NCBI GenBank assembly: GCA_021372785.1
Contig: JAJFTT010000036.1
Coordinates: 94,029-158,028, forward strand
Length of the DNA stretch: 64,000 nt
Source of the DNA: Negativicutes bacterium
Lineage (GTDB): Bacteria > Bacillota > JAAYKD01
Direction: 5' to 3'
Each line of letters begins with the position of its first letter. Position 1 is the first letter of the stretch. Positions 1 through 8,554 of the stretch are shown here, in pieces. The translations under genes and the position numbers were made by a program. The notes beneath the pieces are model-generated. The model made no database searches. It was not told the origin of the DNA and was given only the letters and a program-made list of their open reading frames with translations.

Positions 1-244
1 CGATTCTGGGTGACTGCACCGGAAAGGTTCTCTCGACTCCGACGCCGTAAGAGATTTTACGGACCGTAAAATTTTCTCTCAAGCCATCACCGGAACGAAC
101 AATTACCAATCCTTCAAAAATCTGGATCCGTTCTTTTTCGCCTTCTACGACCTTGGCATGCACACGCACTGTATCTCCAACTTTAAAAGCCGGTAAATCA
201 GAACGCATCATCCCTTTTTCAAGTTCCACGATTGTGGGATGCAT
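1..244 (-). CDS. rplS: 50S ribosomal protein L19, 3' end truncated by the window edge
   Basis: Minus-strand translation from ATG at 244-242 gives [48 protein letters not shown]..., the classic L19 N-terminus. It lies directly downstream of trmD as in the conserved cluster. Confidence 0.85.
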   Translation of the reverse strand, partial: MHPTIVELEKGMMRSDLPAFKVGDTVRVHAKVVEGEKERIQIFEGLVIVRSGDGLRENFTVRKISYGVGVERTFPVQSPRI

Positions 245-325
245 AATATGATTCCCCTTTCATCTTAAGTGTTCATACGCATCTGGAATGCCAGCGGAGC
301 ACTCGTATATAACATACGGATTATA

Positions 326-1123
326 TCATAGATCGTCTTTGTTCACAAGTGGTGCAATCGAGAGAGTTTTGTATGATAAATTACTTTCCGCAAGGATTTC
401 GGCGAGAAGAATCCTATCCTCCCGATCTAGACGCGCTTTTGCCAACAGATCGGGACGAACCCGCCAGGTTTTTAAAAGTGACTGTTTCCTGCGCCAGACG
501 GCGATTTTTTGATGATTACCCTGCAATAAAATCGCCGGTACCCCGGCACCTTCATAGACGGCTGGGCGGGTATACTGCGGATATTCCAGCAAACCGTCAC
601 GAAAACTCTCATCGTCACTCGATTCATCGTGTCCCAGCACACCGGGCAGCAAACGGACTAAACCATCCGTTAAAACCATGGCGGGCAATTCGCCGCCGGT
701 TAAGACATAATCTCCGATGGATAATTCCTCATCTGCCAGCTGATCGATAATTCTTTGATCAATTCCCTCATAATGGCCGCAAAGCAGCGCAATCTGCGGC
801 TTTTGCGCCAACCTTTGCAAATCTGTTTGCTGCAACTGCTTGCCGGAGGGGCTGAGGTAGATCAGATAGGGCGGCTGCGTTAAAGCAGCGCAGAGCGATT
901 GCCAGGCCGCAAAGACCGGCTCCGGGCGCATCAGCATACCGACACCACCGCCAAAGGGATATTCATCCACTTGATGATGTTTTTCCAGAGAATAAGCGCG
1001 CAGTTGGTGCAGCACGATTTCCACCAAACCTTTTTTTTGCGCCCGTTCGAGGATGCTGGTATGCAGGGGACCTTCAAACATTTCCGGAAATAAGGTCAGG
1101 ATATCGATACGCATCGCTCCCAC
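326..1123 (-). CDS. trmD: tRNA (guanine37-N1)-methyltransferase
   Basis: 265 aa starting MRIDILTLFPEMFEGPL with the TrmD SPOUT motifs; rimM-trmD-rplS synteny. Confidence 0.95.
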   Translation of the reverse strand: MGAMRIDILTLFPEMFEGPLHTSILERAQKKGLVEIVLHQLRAYSLEKHHQVDEYPFGGGVGMLMRPEPVFAAWQSLCAALTQPPYLIYLSPSGKQLQQTDLQRLAQKPQIALLCGHYEGIDQRIIDQLADEELSIGDYVLTGGELPAMVLTDGLVRLLPGVLGHDESSDDESFRDGLLEYPQYTRPAVYEGAGVPAILLQGNHQKIAVWRRKQSLLKTWRVRPDLLAKARLDREDRILLAEILAESNLSYKTLSIAPLVNKDDL

Positions 1124-1675
1124 CTACAGCAAACCGGCCAGCAACTTGACGGTGATGCGTTTGTTCAGCAGATCGGTAGCGAGAATTACCTCATCAATCA
1201 CCGGCAGCAGCAGTTCGGTCTGTTCTTCCGTCGCAAGAGCACGCCCTTCTTCGCTCAGCTCCACAACGTACACATCGTTGGAACCGGGAGACAGTACATC
1301 CTTGACTTTACCTAAAAAGAGACCGTCCTCCAGATAAACAGCCATACCAAGGATCTGATAAATATAATATCTGCCCTCCGGCAGCGGCATCAATTCACTT
1401 TCTGCAATGGTCAGCACCGACTGCAGCCAGGGGGTTGCTTCGTTCACGTCCCGGAATTCCGCAACTTTTAGAATGATAAAGCCTTTATGCAGGCGTGCAG
1501 CCAGCGGATGCAGCCAGATTTCTTTCCCATTGGCAGACTGGGCCAGCATTTGTTTGGTTTGGTCAAAACGTTCCGGAAAATCCGTCAGCGGGAATACTTT
1601 GATCTCCCCTTTTAAGCCATGCGTTCCGGTGATTTTACCAATTTGAAAGCGTTTTTCTTCCGACATTCGATGCAC
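1124..1675 (-). CDS. rimM: 16S rRNA processing protein RimM
   Basis: 183 aa; FQIGKITGTHGLKGEIKVFPLTDFPERF is the RimM N-terminal beta-barrel; the stop abuts the trmD start. Confidence 0.9.
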   Translation of the reverse strand: MHRMSEEKRFQIGKITGTHGLKGEIKVFPLTDFPERFDQTKQMLAQSANGKEIWLHPLAARLHKGFIILKVAEFRDVNEATPWLQSVLTIAESELMPLPEGRYYIYQILGMAVYLEDGLFLGKVKDVLSPGSNDVYVVELSEEGRALATEEQTELLLPVIDEVILATDLLNKRITVKLLAGLL

Positions 1676-1928
1676 CCCTTTCCATGGAGAATATCTGCAA
1701 CGACCTCATCTTGCAGGATCAATACCTGGCTGTTATTCTCAGGCCGGAGGCCGCCGACTGCCGCTTGGCTGCTGCCACTGCTTTTTATGTGCGGCCGGCA
1801 AGCGGCTGCGCTGAGCGCCGGTCTCCGAAGAGCAAGCGGGTAAGAAAGATTCGGTAACAATTAGCTTGACGCGGACAGGATCATGGATTCGCATGGGTTT
1901 GCCTGCCTTGCTGCGAGAGTGTAAACCT

Positions 1929-1987
1929 AAAAAACAGCAAATAGGGAACTGCTTGGCAGGCGCATCGCCGGCTTCTGCAGTTCCCTA
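1929..1987 (-). terminator. Intrinsic terminator/attenuator between the KH-protein gene and rimM
   Basis: Minus strand has a perfect 11-bp stem (tagggaactgc/gcagttcccta) with a 24-nt loop followed by uuugcuguuuuuu, 17 nt after the KH gene stop. Confidence 0.6.
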
Positions 1988-2003
1988 ACGATTGATTTCA
2001 GTG

Positions 2004-2252
2004 CTATTCCGCCGTCACCTTGTCAATAATATCCAGATTGATACGCTTTTGTTCTTTTCCGGCAGCTGCTTTCAAAACAGTCCGCATCGCTTTGGCAATT
2101 TTTCCTTGACGACCGATGATTTTCCCCATATCTTCCGGTGCAACCGAAAGCTCATAAGTTATCTCAGTTTCCGTCTCGGTTTCCTTAATTACGATTTGTT
2201 CGGGCTGATCTACCAACGCTCTTGCCATTACTTCCACCAAAGCTTTCATCAC
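2004..2252 (-). CDS. KH-domain RNA-binding protein (YlqC/UPF0109 family)
   Basis: 82 aa with the KH motif IGRQGKIAKAMRTVL; located between rpsP and rimM as in Bacillus ylqC. Confidence 0.85.
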   Translation of the reverse strand: MMKALVEVMARALVDQPEQIVIKETETETEITYELSVAPEDMGKIIGRQGKIAKAMRTVLKAAAGKEQKRINLDIIDKVTAE

Positions 2253-2273
2253 TTTTCTCCTATCACGAATTGC

Positions 2274-2516
2274 TTAGAGAAGACCGGCCTTTTGAAAAAG
2301 AATGCGAACCCGGTCAGAAAGCTGAACTCCTGTCGCCAGCCATGCTTTTGCTCTTTCCTCTTGAATTTTCAGAGTAGCGGGTTGGGTTGTCGGATCGTAA
2401 TAACCAATCTCCTCAATGAATTTACCATCGCGCGGTGCATGGGTATCTGCAACAACCACACGATAGAACGGTGCTTTTTTAGCCCCTAAACGACGTAAAC
2501 GAATTTTTGTAGCCAC
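2274..2516 (-). CDS. rpsP: 30S ribosomal protein S16
   Basis: 80 aa [42 protein letters not shown], canonical S16. Confidence 0.95.
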   Translation of the reverse strand: MATKIRLRRLGAKKAPFYRVVVADTHAPRDGKFIEEIGYYDPTTQPATLKIQEERAKAWLATGVQLSDRVRILFQKAGLL

Positions 2517-2574
2517 TTAAAACACCTCCTTTCCGGAATTTATTCTATGAAACCGCTCCCGGTGTTTGTAGAAA

Positions 2575-3927
2575 TTAAAATTTGATTCTACCAAACGGGT
2601 TCAGCGAATTCCCCCTGTTTTGATTTGTCTTTTGCATTTTACCGCTCGCCCTGGTCATCTGCTGCATCATCTTTTTGGTCTCTTCAAAGTCTTTCAGCAT
2701 ACGGTTGACATCCTGCACCCTGGTGCCGCTGCCGGCTGCAATACGCTTTCTGCGGCTGGCATTGAGCAACTCCGGTTTGCGGCGTTCCTGCAGGGTCATC
2801 GATTGAATGATCGCTTCCATCTTCTTCAAACCGGACTGATCCAGATCTTCTTCTTTGATATCGGGCAGCCCCGGTATCATTTTCATCAATTGGCTCAAAG
2901 GACCCATTTTTTTGATCTGCTGCATATTTTTTAAGAAATCATCCAGATCGAGTTCATTCTTGCGCAGTTTTGCTTCCATCGCTTTCGCCTGCTCCAGGTC
3001 GACGTTTTCCTGCGCTTTTTCAATCAACGTCATCACATCGCCCATGCCGAGGATGCGGGAAGCTAAACGGTCGGGATAAAACGGTTCCAATGTATCCATT
3101 TTTTCACCGGAACTGATGAATTTAATCGGTTTGCCGGTGACCGTCTTGATGGATAAGGCAGCGCCGCCGCGGGTATCGCCGTCCATCTTGGTCAGAATCA
3201 CCCCGTCAATGCCAATCTGATCGCTGAAGCTGCCGGCTACATTCACCGCATCCTGACCGGTCATCGCATCGACGATAAGCAGGATTTCATGCGGATGTAG
3301 ACTGGCTTTGATTCGTTTCAGCTCATCCATCATGTTTTCATCCACATGCAGACGGCCGGCTGTGTCGAGCAGCACCGTATCGCGGCCCTGCGAAAGCGCC
3401 ACGCCAATGCTAAGTTTGGCGATATCTACCGGATCACCCTGACCCTGGTCATAAACGGGAATACCGAGTTGTTTGCCTAGCACATGCAGCTGTTCGATGG
3501 CAGCCGGGCGATAGACGTCACAGGCTACAAGCAGCGGTTTTTTTCCTTGTTTGCGCAGGTAATTGGCCAATTTGCCGGCAGCAGTCGTTTTACCGGCACC
3601 CTGCAGACCCACAAGCATGATAATGGTGGGAAGTTTGGAAGAGACAGTCAGTTTCGACTGGGTGCCGCCGATCATCTCCACCAGTTCGTCATAAACGATT
3701 TTTACCACTTGCTGACCGGGTGTTAAAGACTCCAGGATTTCAGCGCCCATGGCTTTTTCCTTGATGCGGCCGACAAAATCGCGCACCACTTTAAAATTGA
3801 CATCGGCTTCCAGCAAAGCAACGCGCACTTCGCGCATCGCTTCGTTAATATCAGCTTCGGTCAGCCTGCCTTTGCCGCGCAGACGTTTTAAAGTGTTCTG
3901 CAGTTTTTCCGATAAGTTTTCAAACAA
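2575..3927 (-). CDS. ffh: Signal recognition particle protein Ffh (SRP54)
   Basis: 450 aa with N domain, GTPase G domain (GLQGAGKTT, DTAGR, TKMDGD) and Met-rich M domain. Confidence 0.95.
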   Translation of the reverse strand: MFENLSEKLQNTLKRLRGKGRLTEADINEAMREVRVALLEADVNFKVVRDFVGRIKEKAMGAEILESLTPGQQVVKIVYDELVEMIGGTQSKLTVSSKLPTIIMLVGLQGAGKTTAAGKLANYLRKQGKKPLLVACDVYRPAAIEQLHVLGKQLGIPVYDQGQGDPVDIAKLSIGVALSQGRDTVLLDTAGRLHVDENMMDELKRIKASLHPHEILLIVDAMTGQDAVNVAGSFSDQIGIDGVILTKMDGDTRGGAALSIKTVTGKPIKFISSGEKMDTLEPFYPDRLASRILGMGDVMTLIEKAQENVDLEQAKAMEAKLRKNELDLDDFLKNMQQIKKMGPLSQLMKMIPGLPDIKEEDLDQSGLKKMEAIIQSMTLQERRKPELLNASRRKRIAAGSGTRVQDVNRMLKDFEETKKMMQQMTRASGKMQKTNQNRGNSLNPFGRIKF

Positions 3928-3943
3928 AGTGCCGGGCTCCTTT

Positions 3944-4306
3944 CTATATCAAGCGGATTTTTTCCAACAAGCAGCGCAAAGCCGCTGTTTCATCTTCATT
4001 CAATTTAGCGGTAAGCGAATCCAACACCAACTGAAACTCTTTCGCCAGCTTGTCGGCAGCTTGATTGCGCTGCAAAAGCTGCAATACAGCTTCGTATTGC
4101 TCCAAATGCGCAACCAGGCGCTGTACCTGATCGTGCACTGCCTGGCGTGAGACGTCAAACGCCGCCGCCACTTCAGCCAGCGTGTAATCATCGGAATAGT
4201 ACATACTGAGCATCTGTTGCTGCCTGTCTGTAAAAAGCCCGGCATAACAATCGATCAGCTGATTGATCGTTTCGGTTTGCTGCAGTTTGTCCTCCATCGC
4301 ATTCAC
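3944..4306 (-). CDS. ylxM: UPF0122 / YlxM putative DNA-binding protein, co-operonic with ffh
   Basis: 120 aa with a sigma-70 region-4-like helix-turn-helix (LSMYYSDDYTLAEVAAAFDVSRQAVHD); sits upstream of ffh as in Firmicutes. Confidence 0.85.
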   Translation of the reverse strand: MNAMEDKLQQTETINQLIDCYAGLFTDRQQQMLSMYYSDDYTLAEVAAAFDVSRQAVHDQVQRLVAHLEQYEAVLQLLQRNQAADKLAKEFQLVLDSLTAKLNEDETAALRCLLEKIRLI

Positions 4307-4336
4307 CTTTTGCTTTAGTCAACTTATTTCCTTGAC

Positions 4337-4365
4337 ATCATAGCATGTCAGGCGAGTCCTGTCAA
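4337..4365 (-). promoter_or_regulatory. Sigma-70-like promoter for the ylxM-ffh operon
   Basis: Minus strand TTGACA-17 nt-TATGAT; two imperfect inverted repeats (cTTGTCAA..TTGACAgg and cTGACATgctatgATGTCAag) overlap the -35 and -10 boxes. Confidence 0.5.
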
Positions 4366-4491
4366 GTAGTTTTATTGACAAGACATTTTAGAACTTATTT
4401 ACCAAAATTGATGATTGGTTTTTCAATGATTGAAGATCCTGACGAAGGAAGCTTCCCGAAATGAAATTTCTTGCGGGTTTGGATCTACTTT

Positions 4492-6291
4492 CTATGCTTG
4501 CACAATCAAGGTCACAAATTCAAACTGATTGCAGTCAACCAAACCGCGGTCGGTTAACCGCAGTTCCGGAATACAGGGCAGGGAAATCATCGCCATCGTC
4601 ATAAACGGTGATGCCAGATTACAACCGATCTCTCTCCAGGCGGCAGCTAAAGCTGCCACTTGCTTTGACATGGCTGCCGCCGATAGGTCATTCATTAAAC
4701 CGGCGATCGGCAGAGCAACCAGACCAAGCACTTTGCCGTCCGCCACCACAACCATACCGCCGTTGCTTTGAATCAGTGTGTTTGCAGCCAGCGCCATATC
4801 CTGATCATTGGTGCCGATCACTAGCAAATTGTGCGCGTCATGCGCTACCGTGGAAGCCATGGCGCCTTTTTTAATTTGAAATCCTTGCACAAAACCATAA
4901 CCGACTTTGCCGGTGGCATGATGGCGCTCAAAAACAGCTGCTTTGAGCAGATCCCGCCGGCAATCCGCCTCCAATAATCCGTTATGGCTCTGCATCGTTA
5001 CTTCTTTCCCGGTTGTGCCGATCTGGGCGGCATGCACTTCGATGACACGCACCAAAGCCTGCAACCGGTCGCATGGAATGCCAAATGAAGCAGCCGTGAT
5101 CTGCTGCTTGATCTGCATGGAATGCGTCGCCGCAGCCGGATACGTGTAATTCTTTCTCTCCTGCAGCATCACACCGTTTTCAGCGACCGGTATCCCATCA
5201 ATAATCACCCGGAAAACATCAATTTTCTGTAAATCATGGAAAAACACCAGATCCGCCGCTTTGCTGGGAGCAATCGAACCGATTTCCGCATCCATGCGGA
5301 AGCATTGCGCGCAATTAATCGTTACCATCTGAATTGCCGTCAGCGGATCCACGCCTTCTTCAATGGCGCGGCGCAGCAGCCGGTCGACATGACCTTCGGT
5401 CACCAGTGTGTGCGGATGCGCATCGTCCGTCACCAGAACCGCCATTCTTGTGTCCACTTTATGCTCTGTGATGGCTTTGATCGTCGCTTTCAGATCCTGC
5501 CAGGCAGAACCCTCGCGGATCATGGCATACATGCCCAAGCGCATTTTGGCTAACGCTTCTTCTGCCCGGGTGGACTCATGACAACAGCGGATACCGGCGG
5601 CAATAAAAGCGTTTAAGCCTTTGCCGGTCTCCGGTATCGCATAATGACCGGTGGCGATTTTGCCTGCGCGGTAAGTTTCCGCCAGTTCGGCATGCGGTTC
5701 TGCGGCGCTGGCCAGAATGCCCGGATAATTCATCATTTCGCCAAGACCTACGATTCCCGGCCAGGTCATGCTCTCTTTGATATCCTGCGCATCAATGGCC
5801 GCGCCGGTATCTTCAAAACCCGGTACGGATGGAACACAGGATGGCATGGTCGTCATGGTTTTTAAAGGAGTGTTTTGCGCATCTTCCATCATATAGCGCA
5901 CTCCCTCAGCGCCCAAGACATTGCAGATTTCATGCGGATCCATATAGATGCCGGTGGTGCCATGGGGAACCACCGCTTTGGCGAATTCTCCGACGGTGAG
6001 CATGGAGGATTCGACGTGAATATGGCCGTCGAGAAAACCGGGAGCGACATAACAGCCGGCCGCATCGATAATTTTGGTTGCGGCACCGATGCAATGCCGG
6101 GCATCGCCAACCAGGGCGATCCTGCCGGCCGCAATGGCAATGTCGGTCTGCGGCAGGATTTCCGCGGTATGCACATTGATCAGTTTGGCATTGCGAATGA
6201 CCAGATCGGCCGCTTGAGCACCCATCGCGACCGCAGACAACAGTTGGGTCAGTTGATCGAGCGGTTTGGTTGCAAAACAGTTAAACATCAA
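4492..6291 (-). CDS. ade: Adenine deaminase
   Basis: 599 aa amidohydrolase with GFLDGHIHVESSM metal-binding motif and typical Ade length and architecture. Confidence 0.9.
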   Translation of the reverse strand: MMFNCFATKPLDQLTQLLSAVAMGAQAADLVIRNAKLINVHTAEILPQTDIAIAAGRIALVGDARHCIGAATKIIDAAGCYVAPGFLDGHIHVESSMLTVGEFAKAVVPHGTTGIYMDPHEICNVLGAEGVRYMMEDAQNTPLKTMTTMPSCVPSVPGFEDTGAAIDAQDIKESMTWPGIVGLGEMMNYPGILASAAEPHAELAETYRAGKIATGHYAIPETGKGLNAFIAAGIRCCHESTRAEEALAKMRLGMYAMIREGSAWQDLKATIKAITEHKVDTRMAVLVTDDAHPHTLVTEGHVDRLLRRAIEEGVDPLTAIQMVTINCAQCFRMDAEIGSIAPSKAADLVFFHDLQKIDVFRVIIDGIPVAENGVMLQERKNYTYPAAATHSMQIKQQITAASFGIPCDRLQALVRVIEVHAAQIGTTGKEVTMQSHNGLLEADCRRDLLKAAVFERHHATGKVGYGFVQGFQIKKGAMASTVAHDAHNLLVIGTNDQDMALAANTLIQSNGGMVVVADGKVLGLVALPIAGLMNDLSAAAMSKQVAALAAAWREIGCNLASPFMTMAMISLPCIPELRLTDRGLVDCNQFEFVTLIVQA

Positions 6292-6400
6292 GAGGACCTG
6301 CCTTTCTTTGAATTTGAACCTGCGCTATGCTTCGGAGGAAAAAACAAATCTCCCGGCTACCTCAGCGTAAAGGTGCCAAACCGCAGCAACTGCGCCTCGC

Positions 6401-7726
6401 TTAGCGGCTGTTGATCCAAACGGCGAGATCATCGATGACCGTCTGGGCAACATGAGCGCCGATTGTATAATCGCTGACGTCTTTTGCTCCCGTGGTTGGC
6501 AGAAAAAGATGATTCAAACCGGGATATACTTTGAATTGTACATTGTCGTGTCCCGCCAGGCACTGCTGCCAGGCTGCCAAATCCGTTTCGACTTTGATTT
6601 GAAAATCGGCATCTCCCTGCAGAATCAGCATCGGAATCTGCAAATCGGCAGCCAGCTGCGCCGTATCAATGGCGTTCAGGCTCAGCCAATAAGAGGCCGG
6701 CTGTCCGGCAATGGTCGATGCAAGGTCCGCTTTGGTCAAAGCTTTGATTTTCGCTGTTTGGGCTTGGCTTTGCGCCAATAGATCCGCTTTTTCTGCCTCG
6801 CTGTATTCCGTGGAGGCTGCTAAGGCGTCGATTGTCTGATCCAACATCACATCTTCCAATTTGCGCGGTGTACCGGCCAGGCTCACGATACCCTTGACCT
6901 GGGGGTTCTTGCTGGCGATATAAGGCGCCAGCATACCGCCCATACTGTGACCGATGATATAAAGGTCCGAATCCGGCAGCCTTGCTTCGGCCAATTGAAT
7001 CGCAGCTGCTACATCGTCGGTGATTTCCTGCTGCACGGTCAGATTGGCGAGAACTGCCGCATCGGCAGGCGGATATTGATAAAAACGCTTATTGAAGCGA
7101 AGAGAGGCAATTCCCTTCTCTGCCAAGCCGTGGGCGAGATCGAGGAACGGTTTATTGCCGCCGCTGCTTTCGTTCAGATCCGATTGACCGGAACCCTGTA
7201 CGAGGATGACCACCGCCGGCTGCTCGATGCCCAACGGCATAGTAAAAATTCCGTCGAGCGGTTGATTTTCGATGGTGTTAATCTGAATCTTGCTTTCTGC
7301 AAAGCTGCTGTTGACAACCAGAGGCAGATCGATGGTGTAATAATTCAGCCAAAGACCGGCGATTTTATAATCAGCTTCAAAAGTAAATTTAATCTGCAAA
7401 CCGCTTGCTTCGTATTGCAAAATCACCAGAACGACGGCATAATCGCTACTGTAACTGACTGAGGTTTCATAGACAGACTGATAAGCGCCAAGCGATCCAA
7501 CCACAGAGTTCCAGGAAGCTGCCAAGGCTTCCTGCGATAAACTTTTGGCAACCGTAGCATCAAAAGCTTTCACCACCGGAGCGAAATCTTGCTTTACCAT
7601 GCTGCCGGCATAACTTTGGCTGAGTTCCAGGAGTTTTGCCTCGTCATAAACCGGCGGTTTGCTGCCGCAGCCTGTCAAAGACAAACTAAGACTTAGCATG
7701 AGTAAGACCATGGTTGTTTTTTTCAT
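6401..7726 (-). CDS. Lipoprotein with DUF3887-like N-domain and alpha/beta-hydrolase C-domain
   Basis: Signal peptide plus lipobox LSLTGC; GHSMGG nucleophile elbow; 441 aa. Confidence 0.7.
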   Translation of the reverse strand: MKKTTMVLLMLSLSLSLTGCGSKPPVYDEAKLLELSQSYAGSMVKQDFAPVVKAFDATVAKSLSQEALAASWNSVVGSLGAYQSVYETSVSYSSDYAVVLVILQYEASGLQIKFTFEADYKIAGLWLNYYTIDLPLVVNSSFAESKIQINTIENQPLDGIFTMPLGIEQPAVVILVQGSGQSDLNESSGGNKPFLDLAHGLAEKGIASLRFNKRFYQYPPADAAVLANLTVQQEITDDVAAAIQLAEARLPDSDLYIIGHSMGGMLAPYIASKNPQVKGIVSLAGTPRKLEDVMLDQTIDALAASTEYSEAEKADLLAQSQAQTAKIKALTKADLASTIAGQPASYWLSLNAIDTAQLAADLQIPMLILQGDADFQIKVETDLAAWQQCLAGHDNVQFKVYPGLNHLFLPTTGAKDVSDYTIGAHVAQTVIDDLAVWINSR

Positions 7727-7834
7727 GAATTTCTCCTTTCAATCGGTTACATTTTCATCGTTCTTGGAAAAACAAAGGACCGCAGGGTAGTTGCCGCGGC
7801 GCAGTCAAACTCCTACCGAACAGATCGCCTGTTT

Positions 7835-8554
7835 TTAGGGAAGAAAATTACCGCTGATTTTGCTTAATTGCCGCTTGCGTTTGAGATAGTCAGGCAAGAC
7901 TGCGGCAACTACCTGCCAAAACTGCGCGGAATGATTCATCACCCTGAGATGAGCCAGTTCATGTACCACCACGTACTCGGATAGTTCCGGCGGTAAGAAC
8001 AGCAATTTCCAGTTTAAATTCAAGTTGCCTTTGCTGCTGCAGCTGCCCCAGCGCGTCTTTTGCGCTTTCATCGTAATCTTTTGATAGCTTACCTGCAGAA
8101 TGGGAGCATAAAGCGCCGCAGTGTGGCTGAATTCGCGCAAAGCAATCTGCCGCAGCTGTTTTTCGGCTTCGCGTTGCACCTGTTGCGGCTCGCTTGATTT
8201 GACACGCAGAATCATTGTTCCCGCCCCGGTCAGTTGCTGCAGTTCACTCTGAGTAACCTCCGGGCCTAAAATCAGCAGTTTTTGGCCCAAGCAGGAGTAG
8301 CTTTGCTTGCAGCATAATTGAAATTGCGATTTTTGTTCCGGTATTCGCTGCAGGGCAATTAGCCGTTTTTGTGCAATCCAGGCTTTCTTACTCTCAACAA
8401 AGCGTATAATCTGGGCGTCTTTCGCCTGTTTCGGCGCTCGAATCAACACTTCGCCATTTGCTTTTATCTCAATCGCCAATGTTTTTCTGGCGCTGTAAAG
8501 CAGCCTGCATTCCAGCGTTTGCTGCGGCAGCTGCAGGAAATAACTGCTTTTCAT
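7835..8554 (-). CDS. YgjP/DUF45-family metal-dependent hydrolase (M48-like HEXXH)
   Basis: 239 aa; WGSCSSKGNLNLNWKLLFLP...VVVHELAHLRVMNHSAQFW matches the YgjP signature. Confidence 0.75.
   Translation of the reverse strand: MKSSYFLQLPQQTLECRLLYSARKTLAIEIKANGEVLIRAPKQAKDAQIIRFVESKKAWIAQKRLIALQRIPEQKSQFQLCCKQSYSCLGQKLLILGPEVTQSELQQLTGAGTMILRVKSSEPQQVQREAEKQLRQIALREFSHTAALYAPILQVSYQKITMKAQKTRWGSCSSKGNLNLNWKLLFLPPELSEYVVVHELAHLRVMNHSAQFWQVVAAVLPDYLKRKRQLSKISGNFLP

Noticed and set aside
1612-1860. 82-aa minus-strand ORF overlapping the rimM start, possibly a ylqD-like gene
   Set aside because: Frame conflicts with rimM, the translation is low-complexity Ala/Ser/Gly-rich from a GC-rich stretch, and there is no RBS. 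Most likely spurious. The real feature here is the terminator hairpin at 1929-1987.
6292-6400. Looked for a purine (adenine/guanine) riboswitch in front of adenine deaminase
   Set aside because: Only 109 nt are available, and none of the conserved purine-riboswitch elements (UAUA…CGUAUAAU…, P2/P3 loop-loop) are present.
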